Origin: a virus
Lineage: Duplodnaviria; Caudoviricetes
Direction: 5' to 3' (one strand)
Virus record (IMG/VR): IMGVR_UViG_3300007735_000603
Span: 1 to 31,268 of that record
DNA length: 31,268 nt
The position numbers and the translations under genes were made by a program. Positions within the stretch are counted from its first letter, which is position 1. Every line of letters begins with the position of its first letter. Shown here piece after piece: positions 1-7,753 of this stretch. Below the pieces are notes generated by a model that was not told the origin of the DNA, did no database searches, and saw only the letters and a list, made by a program, of their open reading frames with translations.

Positions 1-280
1 CACGGATCACCTGCCAGTCAGTAGGCGCCAGTAGTGTGTTGGCTGTTGTGCGGGTGGTGTTGATCCACTGCTCAACCAGTTGCTGATGGTCCTTGGGTAG
101 ATCGGGACTCCAGTAGAAGCGCTGATCGTATGGCGCTGGATCAGGCACCTCGGTGATGCCAATTGCAGCCCGATCTTCGGCGCTAGCAAGCCGCAGCCAG
201 TTAGCTGGGTACTGGATGCCAGTTGCTGGATCGATAAAACCGGCGTCGATTGGAAGTGTGACGCCATTCAGTAGAAACAT
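1..280 (-). CDS. Tail-fibre/adhesin-associated chaperone-like protein (partial, runs off left edge; absent from ORF track)
   Basis: Manual translation from ATG at 280: MFLLNGVTLPIDAGFIDPATGIQYPANWLRLASAEDRAAIGITEVPDPAPYDQRFYWSPDLPKDHQQLVEQWINTTRTTANTLLAPTDWQVIR, open to base 1. LLxxTDW matches LLKSTDW of the chaperone at 3892-4293. TAGACT box 22 nt upstream. Confidence 0.8.
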   Translation of the reverse strand, partial: MFLLNGVTLPIDAGFIDPATGIQYPANWLRLASAEDRAAIGITEVPDPAPYDQRFYWSPDLPKDHQQLVEQWINTTRTTANTLLAPTDWQVIR

Positions 281-300
281 GCCACGCGGGCGGTTTGCTC

Positions 301-309
301 TTAGTCTAA
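301..309. promoter_or_regulatory. Overlapping divergent -10 boxes (TTAGTCTAA quasi-palindrome)
   Basis: Minus strand TAGACT (303-308) is 22 nt before ATG 280; plus strand TAGTCT (302-307) is 23 nt before ATG 331. Confidence 0.45.
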
Positions 310-330
310 CAGGGACACACCAGCCAGCTT

Positions 331-552
331 ATGACTGACGACGACATCCGCAACATCATGTATAACCACGCCAACGCATTCACCAGCGGCATCATATTTT
401 CAGATCAGGGCATCCTTGATTTCGCCCATGAACTACTCGGCACGGTTCCACTAGAGCCGGAACCAGAGCCTGAGGACGACGACCCACGCGCCAGCTACAA
501 GCATTTGATGGATATTGCTGAGGACTCGATAGCCAGGTTTATGGGCCGGTAG
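331..552 (+). CDS. Small acidic hypothetical protein on the opposite strand
   Basis: 73 aa, fills the gap between two minus-strand tail genes without overlap; EPEPEPEDDD linker; converges on the stop of 570-3050. Confidence 0.6.
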   Translation: MTDDDIRNIMYNHANAFTSGIIFSDQGILDFAHELLGTVPLEPEPEPEDDDPRASYKHLMDIAEDSIARFMGR

Positions 553-569
553 TCGTGTTCTCTAATGGG

Positions 570-3050
570 CTAGCGGGCTCTTGAGTATTGGAACGGTGAT
601 TCGGCTACAGCTAGATAAATAAAAGTACCGCCAGACGTATTGACTGCCGTAGCTCCGCCACTGCGAATTTTGAATCCGTTTGACAAGAAATCAAAAATAG
701 GTGGTGAGTATGGACCACCTTCGGCAGCGCTGGAATTTGGATAAAGTTCAACCGAATATCCGTTATATGAATCGCGGGTGGAGTCATGGATCACCCAAGG
801 CTCACCAGAAGCGTCGCTGCGTTTCACCATTAAAAATTTTGGCCTAAATCCGGTCCACACCATGGGCCCATCTGAACTTCCATTGCCGACATAGCTCGAC
901 ATAGAACTGTACCCGTCTACTGGGGCGAAGCAGTAGGCGACGTGAGTTTGCCCAGAAACTCCCATACCAGTAATCCACGCAACAGTGAAAACAGCCGACG
1001 TTGGCGCAACAATAGTGCCGTAGCCTGACGTACTTGTGGCTGCAGTTGAGTTAAGGTAAAGAAGATTGTTTGCTGACGGCAGCCCAGAATGCTGCACTGG
1101 CCAGTCTGACGTTCCATCTCTTCGCTTGAAAATTATCATTTTTGGAGCAACACCAAGGCCGTGCCCGACGGTTGATGTTCCGCTGCTTGACAAATTCCCC
1201 GTATAAGTAACTATACTAAAACCCGCACTCTGATTAGCCCTCACACTCGAAGTGATGGAGCCTTGTGTGTTGGTGACTGTTGATGAGCCGGCGTCCCAGC
1301 ACCAGGCAACATAGGTTTGGCCGCTGGTATTGACGTAATCACTAGACGATCCAGCAGTAAGCGCAAAACCAGTGGAATTAAAAGCGTTCAAATAACCGTA
1401 GGTGGCGTTATCGCTAGCACCGCCTTCGGCTGTAGTTGAATCACTGATGAGACCTGTATTCGGTCCGTTACCACGAACAGTATCGTACAGAAGACTTGAG
1501 AAAGAAGAACTACGCCGTTTGATCCAAACAAAATCTGGACTAAAAGCACCAGGCAATGTAATGGTTTGACTGCCACCGTTGCCCGACCATAGAGCAACGT
1601 CCATCGCCGAAGAACGCTTGGCGACTACTGGGGCGGGCAGGTTGGTGTCGCACAGGGCCTTGAAGCCACTGGGGGCGGTGTAGGCGAAGGGGCGTTGGCC
1701 GAAGTTTAGAGCTACTGCGGAAGTTTGTTGATCAATAGCTGGATAAATATCAGTAATAGAACTAAAAGTAGCATTAGCGCCAGTAGCCGGATTACCTGTT
1801 GTTCCGTTAGAGCCGTTCATCCACAACCCATTCAATCCAAGCCACAGTTTTTGAGCGTCAGCATCATAAGCAACACGTAGAATTGTTCCAACCGTAGGAG
1901 TATCAAATCCGGTATAGCTTGCAAAGCTTTGATACCTTTGAACGTTTCCGCTACTGTTAACAAGTATGTAATAGCTTCCTGTTGCGTTAATGTCAGGATT
2001 GGCAGCAGCATTAGTTGCGGCTCCAATGCAACAGGCGCCACCAAGAGTCGTCACCGTACCTTCGTAGTACCACTTCCCAGATGCCGGGAACTTGATTGTT
2101 GCTCTTGTGCCTTTATGTCCGCCGCCAAAGTCACTTCCGTCAAGATTGCCGTTTGCAAGAGTCATTCCGCTGCTATTGTCCAGCGGATTCAACGTGCAGT
2201 AATTTCCCCGCACCTCCCCACCCACGTAGGTATCGGTGCCATAAGAAGTCGGGGTGTCTACGAGGCTGTCGTTGCCAGCACCAGCAGTGACGCTGAGGTT
2301 AGTGCTATTCCAGTAATTGCCAAGGCCCGAAAAGTCCTTGCCAATGCCGACGTTGCTGCCGCTAGTGGTACTGCTGTTATCGGAGAACTTCAGCCAAAAC
2401 GAATTGCCGGTGAATGTGCCGGTGTATGCCTTAGGAATCAGTTGCCCAGTAGTGGCACTGGTTTCCACTAGAGATGATGGTGTCAACTGCTGCCCATCAA
2501 TAAATACCACATCAGCCATGTACCCATCGAAGTAGCCCGTGGGTGAAGGCGATTGATACTCAATCCGACCAATAGCGTGAGCTACCGTATTGTTTACTTG
2601 TGTGTTGTCTCCGGCCCCAGGATAAGAGCCAGATAGTGTCTGCTCGACACCATTGACATAAAGTCTGACCCTATTGCTGCTTGTGCCTTGGTCCGTATCA
2701 ACAGCAAGGAGAATGTGATACCAGGCCGATGGGTCTCTGAAAACTGCGGATGTATTAACGGTAACGGCAGAGCCAGAAATTATGTTCTGAAACTTAAACT
2801 GGCTGTCTTGATATAAGAAAGTCGTACGGTTGTTGTCGTCAGAACGAGCCGAAAAAAATGCTTGCAGCGTGCCTAAGGCAGAGAGTTTTGTCCACGTCGA
2901 ATAAGTAAACTTCTTCCTGTTGCCTGCTGATGCAGGCGTCCGACTGCAGTAGGCACTGTCACTACTATTGAATCTGAGCGAACGTTCTATCTGGTAACCA
3001 CCAGCGTCGCCATACATTAACAAAGGATTAGCGAAACCTGGAACTGTCAT
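570..3050 (-). CDS. Tail adhesin/receptor-binding protein (LamG/concanavalin-A-like, SPRY-like and C-terminal beta-repeat domains)
   Basis: 826 aa. RSLRFN...FRDPSAWYHILLAVDT...RVRLYVNG...YFDGYMADV (LamG-like); SGKWYYE...NFGQRPFAYTAPSGFKALC (SPRY-like); paired FSPDFVWIKRR/GFRPKFLMVKR repeats typical of aquatic phage tail proteins. Confidence 0.8.
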   Translation of the reverse strand: MTVPGFANPLLMYGDAGGYQIERSLRFNSSDSAYCSRTPASAGNRKKFTYSTWTKLSALGTLQAFFSARSDDNNRTTFLYQDSQFKFQNIISGSAVTVNTSAVFRDPSAWYHILLAVDTDQGTSSNRVRLYVNGVEQTLSGSYPGAGDNTQVNNTVAHAIGRIEYQSPSPTGYFDGYMADVVFIDGQQLTPSSLVETSATTGQLIPKAYTGTFTGNSFWLKFSDNSSTTSGSNVGIGKDFSGLGNYWNSTNLSVTAGAGNDSLVDTPTSYGTDTYVGGEVRGNYCTLNPLDNSSGMTLANGNLDGSDFGGGHKGTRATIKFPASGKWYYEGTVTTLGGACCIGAATNAAANPDINATGSYYILVNSSGNVQRYQSFASYTGFDTPTVGTILRVAYDADAQKLWLGLNGLWMNGSNGTTGNPATGANATFSSITDIYPAIDQQTSAVALNFGQRPFAYTAPSGFKALCDTNLPAPVVAKRSSAMDVALWSGNGGSQTITLPGAFSPDFVWIKRRSSSFSSLLYDTVRGNGPNTGLISDSTTAEGGASDNATYGYLNAFNSTGFALTAGSSSDYVNTSGQTYVAWCWDAGSSTVTNTQGSITSSVRANQSAGFSIVTYTGNLSSSGTSTVGHGLGVAPKMIIFKRRDGTSDWPVQHSGLPSANNLLYLNSTAATSTSGYGTIVAPTSAVFTVAWITGMGVSGQTHVAYCFAPVDGYSSMSSYVGNGSSDGPMVWTGFRPKFLMVKRSDASGEPWVIHDSTRDSYNGYSVELYPNSSAAEGGPYSPPIFDFLSNGFKIRSGGATAVNTSGGTFIYLAVAESPFQYSRAR

Positions 3051-3052
3051 GT

Positions 3053-3883
3053 TTACTGCTTAAGATCGTTGATAAGCTGGCAAGCAATGCTTGTACTTGT
3101 ACGTACAGTATACCCAATTAAGTCAATAGCATTACCGGCAGTACTTAAGCTCTTTGATGATTGACCATTCGGGAACTTCCAGTAGCTGCCGTAGCTCATA
3201 ATGCGGCTGCCTGTTGCATCCTGAATAATATAAATTAAACCACTCTGTCCAACAGTAATATTAGTCGGGTTAGCTAGTGTTCGTGGAGTACCGGTCAGTG
3301 TAACTGTAAAGTTATTTGCAACGCTAAAGTCAGGCGTTATTGTGGATGCATCTGTAAGTGTTGAAATATTCATGGCAGCCGTCCCACTGACATAAATTTT
3401 TGTAGCACCTACTGGTGTACCAACAACAAAGTTACCATTTGCATCAAAAACTGCACGTTGGACTCCGCCGGTAGTAACGCTAAATTCGTTTGAGCCGCTA
3501 CGATAAAAACCAGTGGTTAAAGCATTATCAAAAGTAATGCTTGGTACGCTATTTGAACCATCAGGAAAACTTGCACCGACTGAAACAAAATCAGAACCAG
3601 CAAGAACAACACCAAAAAATGCCCAACCGCCGGTTGGTGCAGACGCAAAAACAATATTTGTACCTACCAAATTAAAACCAGATGCTCCAGTTGGGTCTGG
3701 TTTTTGAATCACACCGTTAACAGAAATCAAACACTGTTGAGGGTTAAGCGGAAAAGGTACAGGTGCAACACCAGAGATTCTAAGAGGAAATGTCGTAAGT
3801 GCGCCATTAAAGCTACCACTAATATCATCAATGTTCCGATAACTAATACCCGGAGTTAATGTTGTGTTACCTATATAACGCAT
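3053..3883 (-). CDS. Tail fibre protein
   Basis: 276 aa. N-terminal IDDISGSFNG..TTF...LISVNGVIQKP...IVFASAP tail domain; C-terminal domain paralogous to that of 5055-6473. Confidence 0.75.
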   Translation of the reverse strand: MRYIGNTTLTPGISYRNIDDISGSFNGALTTFPLRISGVAPVPFPLNPQQCLISVNGVIQKPDPTGASGFNLVGTNIVFASAPTGGWAFFGVVLAGSDFVSVGASFPDGSNSVPSITFDNALTTGFYRSGSNEFSVTTGGVQRAVFDANGNFVVGTPVGATKIYVSGTAAMNISTLTDASTITPDFSVANNFTVTLTGTPRTLANPTNITVGQSGLIYIIQDATGSRIMSYGSYWKFPNGQSSKSLSTAGNAIDLIGYTVRTSTSIACQLINDLKQ

Positions 3884-3891
3884 GACAACAC

Positions 3892-4293
3892 CTACTTGCT
3901 TTTTTTCGAGTGCGGACCAGCCGTTGAAGGAGCTTCTGGCCAGAGGACCTCACTTAATTTTACACCGGCAAACGTTTGTGGAAGGTCACGGAGTTGCTGT
4001 CTATAAGCTACCCAAGCAGCTTGATCAACTGTGGAGCCGGAAGTAACAGTCCAATCTGTTGACTTAAGCAAGTAATCGCGTTTTAGTTTAATATTTTTCC
4101 AAGAAGAATCATCAATCAAAAGAATACGTTCTCCAAAAACACGTAGCTCTAGATCTATAAGTCTTTCTAAGATGCTATTAAGTGTATTTAAATACTCAAT
4201 ATCTTTTAACTTTTCTTTACTTTCAAGATTTTCTTTTAAATCCTGTACTTGTTTGTACAGAATATCAATATCACCGATTGTTGTAAGTCCCAT
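3892..4293 (-). CDS. Phage tail fibre assembly chaperone with N-terminal coiled coil
   Basis: WKNIKLKRDYLLKSTDWT...AWVAYRQQLRDLPQ...WPEAP is the characteristic tail assembly chaperone signature. Confidence 0.8.
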   Translation of the reverse strand: MGLTTIGDIDILYKQVQDLKENLESKEKLKDIEYLNTLNSILERLIDLELRVFGERILLIDDSSWKNIKLKRDYLLKSTDWTVTSGSTVDQAAWVAYRQQLRDLPQTFAGVKLSEVLWPEAPSTAGPHSKKSK

Positions 4294-4298
4294 TGTTA

Positions 4299-4643
4299 TT
4301 AAGTTTGCTCCAGGTAGCTGACAATAATGTCAAGTGCAGAACCAGTGTCAGAGCTTGCACGTAGAACATCTGAAGAATTCATAATGTATTTATTACCTTG
4401 AATTAACTCAAGAGAAGTACCGGCTGGGACGGGACCGTTCTTTAGAAGAAAGATTGAGTCACTGGTCGCGGGTACCATGTATACATTAGCGTTTGCACTG
4501 CTGCCGGTTTTATTAGCAATAAGCACGCTAAGAAGAACAAGAGTTGCTGTCCCTCCGGCTGTCACAATATTTGTAGTCGCGCTAGAAGTCACGTCTGCTG
4601 TTAAAAGGCTGGACTTTGTATTTTTTTTAAAAGTGTTTGCCAT
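4299..4643 (-). CDS. Small beta-rich tail-associated structural protein
   Basis: 114 aa, MANTFK...LLKNGPVPAGTSLELIQGNKYIM...LDIIVSYLEQT; a type common next to aquatic phage tail fibres. Confidence 0.7.
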   Translation of the reverse strand: MANTFKKNTKSSLLTADVTSSATTNIVTAGGTATLVLLSVLIANKTGSSANANVYMVPATSDSIFLLKNGPVPAGTSLELIQGNKYIMNSSDVLRASSDTGSALDIIVSYLEQT

Positions 4644-5048
4644 TTAACTTAGCGCAATGATTAAGGTGAGTGTATCAGATGAAGTGGTAGTACCTGCAAC
4701 AACTAGACTTCCGTTGACCGTCAAGTTACCAGAGAAGGTTGCACTTCCCGACGAATCTATTATAAGCCTTGAAGTACCGTTTGTCACCAAGGCAATTTGA
4801 CCCTGCCCTGGACTAATAAATCCTGTGTTAGAACTGTTGGCAAATTTAAGGGCACAACTGGTTAAAGATCCTGGAGAAAGCGACGAATTAGTACCGTCTT
4901 CCCTTAGCAGTGGAAGTCCTCCTAGAGTAAGTGCATCGTGTATTACTGCAGTTAACTTTACTGTATCAACAGTAACCTCACCCAACGCACCAATAAATGA
5001 GGCTGTTTGGGAGGTAGTACCACGCCTGAATTGTACTTGAGTTGCCAT
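4644..5048 (-). CDS. Short tail fibre-like protein with Mtd N-terminal-like anchor domain
   Basis: MATQVQFRRGTT...FIGALGEVTVDT...IHDALTLGG resembles the Mtd_N/hyaluronidase-type fibre N-terminus. Confidence 0.7.
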   Translation of the reverse strand: MATQVQFRRGTTSQTASFIGALGEVTVDTVKLTAVIHDALTLGGLPLLREDGTNSSLSPGSLTSCALKFANSSNTGFISPGQGQIALVTNGTSRLIIDSSGSATFSGNLTVNGSLVVAGTTTSSDTLTLIIALS

Positions 5049-5054
5049 GATTTA

Positions 5055-6473
5055 TTATGACACGTTTGTTACTAGTTTAGCCGTAATTCTTGTTGATGAT
5101 TCGACATAATAAACCAAAACATCAACGGCATTAGCAGTGGTTGTTGCGGTAGGTGTGCCGCCAGAAAACTTCCAATAAGAACCATAAGCAATAGTCCTGG
5201 ATCCTGTAGCATCTTGAGTTAATACAATTGCACCACTTTGTCCAGCAGTAAGATTTGATGGGTTAGCAATCGTAGTACTTATTCCAAGCGTAACGGAGAA
5301 GTTATTAGCTACAGCAAAATCTGGTGTGATTGTTGATGCACTTGTTAGGGCACTGACCGTACCTCTTTGTGCTGCACTAAAACTTTGCGCAAGACCTAGA
5401 ACGGCAACCGTACTTGTAGTAGAAGGTAGTGTTAACGTTCCAGATGCAACTGCTGTGGCTATAACTGCTGTTGTTCCAGATGTGGAACCAGTAAATACGT
5501 GGCCACCGGTTCCTGCTGTTAGTGTTGTGGCTGTAAGTGCAGTTAAACCAGTAATACTTGTTGCGGTGCTACCGAGTGCTATAGAAGTTGAACCAATAGT
5601 TACGCTGCTGTTAGCAAGCTGTGCATTTGGTATTGCACTTGTACTTAATACACCTGTACTGCTGTTATAGCTGAGTCCCGAGCCAGCTCCTACGCTTATT
5701 GCGCCACGGATGTTTGCGTCTGTGACTACACTATACGTAAAGGCGCCAGTGGTGTTGCTATAGCTTAATGATCCGTAGCCAGTACCACTTGAACTGGCGC
5801 TCAGCGAGGTCAATAAAGCGACAGTTCCTGTTGCGGCAGGTAATGTGATCGTTCCAGATGCAACTGCTGTGGCTACAACTGCTGTTGTTCCAGATGTGGA
5901 ACCAGTAAATACGTGGCCACCGGTTCCTGCTGTTAGTGTTGTGGCTGTAAGTGCAGTTAAACCAGTAATACTTGTTGCGGTACTGCCAAGAGAAACCGAG
6001 GTGCTGCCGAGTGTTATAGAACTATTTGCAAGCTGTGCGTTTGGTATTGCAGTTGTACCTATGATTCCTGTACTGCTGCTGTAAGTAAGACCTGAGCCAG
6101 CAGCAACACTTATTGCACCACGGATGTTTGCGTCTGTAACTACGCTATACGTAAAGGCGCCAGTAGCCGTACTATACGCAAGACTTCCATAACCAGTTCC
6201 GCTATTAGCTGTACTTAATGAGCCTCGAATATTTGCGTCTGTAACTACACTATATGTAAAGACACCGGTTGCACTGCTATAGGCTAAAGAACCGTAGCCA
6301 GATCCGCTGTTTGCAGCTGAAACAGATGCACGAGCAAGAGCATTAGTGTAATATTGATTTGTTCCTTCCGCTAGATCAGTTGTAGTATTTCCAGCAAAAT
6401 CCAATTTATCGGTAGGAGTGTTTACTTCTTGTAGGTAGCCACTAACAAGGGCGATTGCTTTACGAGTTGCCAT
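5055..6473 (-). CDS. Tail fibre with internal repeats
   Basis: 472 aa, Thr/Ser/Ala/Gly-rich; TTDLAEGTNQYYT; repeated GYGSLxYSxxTGxFTYSVVTDANIRG; 138-aa internal duplication. Confidence 0.85.
   Translation of the reverse strand: MATRKAIALVSGYLQEVNTPTDKLDFAGNTTTDLAEGTNQYYTNALARASVSAANSGSGYGSLAYSSATGVFTYSVVTDANIRGSLSTANSGTGYGSLAYSTATGAFTYSVVTDANIRGAISVAAGSGLTYSSSTGIIGTTAIPNAQLANSSITLGSTSVSLGSTATSITGLTALTATTLTAGTGGHVFTGSTSGTTAVVATAVASGTITLPAATGTVALLTSLSASSSGTGYGSLSYSNTTGAFTYSVVTDANIRGAISVGAGSGLSYNSSTGVLSTSAIPNAQLANSSVTIGSTSIALGSTATSITGLTALTATTLTAGTGGHVFTGSTSGTTAVIATAVASGTLTLPSTTSTVAVLGLAQSFSAAQRGTVSALTSASTITPDFAVANNFSVTLGISTTIANPSNLTAGQSGAIVLTQDATGSRTIAYGSYWKFSGGTPTATTTANAVDVLVYYVESSTRITAKLVTNVS
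5437..5981. repeat. Direct repeat 5437-5567 / 5851-5981 (period 414 nt) inside tail fibre
   Basis: The two ~131-nt copies differ at one position (ata vs aca); flanking duplicated sequence is more diverged. Confidence 0.9.
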
Positions 6474-6477
6474 GATA

Positions 6478-7005
6478 TTACCTTAGTTGAATTGGGAGGT
6501 CAGGCCTAACAGCCAGTTGTGTAGAAGCCCCTGCTTCTCCAACTCTTGTTACAAATTGGCCAGCAGTAGAGGGTGGAGTAGTTGTAATTGAACCTGCAGA
6601 TGCTGCAGATAAAAAGTAAGGTGACCCTGGGCTTAATCCTGATGTTGAAAGGACGCCACCAACCAAAATGTCTGTTGTTGCTCCAATAAGAGTATTTTCT
6701 TGTGTGAAACCTAGTACTGTGGCCTCGTCTACTGTTGCGTTGGCTATTGCTTTGAAAATATTACCGGTTGGTGCATCAAGGTAAACTGCTTGTCCAGTCG
6801 TAATTGCTTCTCCTGTGACGCATCGAACAACAAGTTTACCGCCAGTCTGGGACGGCAGGCTTTCTTTTAAATCAATTAGTGCATCTACCAGGCCCCTGTA
6901 GTTAGGTGCGTAAGGCTGACGTGTCATAGTAAGGCCCAGGCCCGACATTAAGTCAACGAGAACAGTAATAGCCCCTTCTATATTGGGATCGTATCCTGTT
7001 GACAT
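6478..7005 (-). CDS. Virion structural protein with C-terminal DUF2190/capsid-cement-like beta domain
   Basis: 175 aa. N-terminal repeat YDPNIEGAITVLVDL / YAPNYRGLVDALIDL; GEAITTGQAVY...GLSPGSPYFLS...GSITTTPP...VTRVGEA. Confidence 0.65.
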   Translation of the reverse strand: MSTGYDPNIEGAITVLVDLMSGLGLTMTRQPYAPNYRGLVDALIDLKESLPSQTGGKLVVRCVTGEAITTGQAVYLDAPTGNIFKAIANATVDEATVLGFTQENTLIGATTDILVGGVLSTSGLSPGSPYFLSAASAGSITTTPPSTAGQFVTRVGEAGASTQLAVRPDLPIQLR

Positions 7006-7029
7006 AATAATTTTTTTTTTCCTGATGTT

Positions 7030-7056
7030 ATTCTAAGTTGTTAAATCCTTTAGAAT
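7030..7056. promoter_or_regulatory. Divergent TAGAAT -10 boxes
   Basis: TTAGAATA on minus (7030-7035, 24 nt before ATG 7005) and on plus (7051-7056, 21 nt before ATG 7078, followed by GAGGAG SD). Confidence 0.6.
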
Positions 7057-7077
7057 AGATAGAGGAGAAATAAAACA

Positions 7078-7317
7078 ATGCCAATAGAAACTGTTTTGAC
7101 AGGGCTTTCTGCTGGCATCGCAGCCTTTGCAGGTCTTTCAAAAGCACTTCACAATTCTCAAGAACGTCTTAACAGGCGTTTTGAAAAGATTGAAACCAAT
7201 CTCGACATACTGGAAGATCGTGTGATCCGAGATTATGTTCTTAAAGAAGATTTTCTTAGAGAAGTACAGGCCGTACATAGCAAACTTGATCGCATTCTTG
7301 ATCGAGTAATGCGTTAA
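7078..7317 (+). CDS. Small protein with N-terminal hydrophobic helix and coiled coil (possibly holin/lysis-related)
   Basis: 79 aa; AGAGGAG SD and TAGAAT box upstream; YVLKEDF...KLDRIL pattern; 4-nt convergent overlap with 7314-7751. Confidence 0.75.
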   Translation: MPIETVLTGLSAGIAAFAGLSKALHNSQERLNRRFEKIETNLDILEDRVIRDYVLKEDFLREVQAVHSKLDRILDRVMR

Positions 7318-7751
7318 ATTGCAACCCAACTTGCACTACTTGTAAGGTAAATAAACAAACGGGGTATAGCTAAGTCGTAGTGCAGCTGACCGTTTATAGG
7401 ATTAGATGGTTTCCCTGAACTGACTGACGCCACAGCATTGGTTGCTTGCCAGGCGCTGCCATCAAATACTTTAAAGATCTTTGTACTGGCTGTATCAAGC
7501 CAGGATTCCCCCCTAGAGAGGCTGGCATAGCCAGTTGGCGTTAGGTTTGGGGCAGTGCTGCCAACAAAGGTTGGACCAATCTTAATGAGTCCTCTAGCTG
7601 CTCCTGAGGTGCTATCAGCAAAGTAGAGTCCTGGGTCTCCTGGATTATGGTTCAAAGCCATTTCAACACCGTCCGCAAACACGCCAAGTCGTGTTGGGAA
7701 AGGACGATCATAAAGAAGATCGGAGAAGCGGCTTAGTATTTGAACAGTCAT
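7314..7751 (-). CDS. Virion structural protein (tail-fibre anchor-like)
   Basis: EMALNHNPGDPGLYFADS...LIKIGPTFVGSTAPN...GESWLDT...KVFDGSAWQ...PSNPINGQLHYD; motifs typical of cyanophage fibre N-termini. Confidence 0.7.
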   Translation of the reverse strand: MTVQILSRFSDLLYDRPFPTRLGVFADGVEMALNHNPGDPGLYFADSTSGAARGLIKIGPTFVGSTAPNLTPTGYASLSRGESWLDTASTKIFKVFDGSAWQATNAVASVSSGKPSNPINGQLHYDLAIPRLFIYLTSSASWVAI

Positions 7752-7753
7752 AA

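Noticed and set aside
7-338. Track ORFs 7-267 (-) and 153-338 (+)
   Set aside because: They overlap the better-supported edge-truncated gene at 1-280 in another frame.
4644-5048. Mtd N-terminal-like domain suggesting a diversity-generating retroelement
   Set aside because: No reverse transcriptase, and no repeat pair differing specifically at adenines near a gene 3' end; the domain is a generic fibre anchor.
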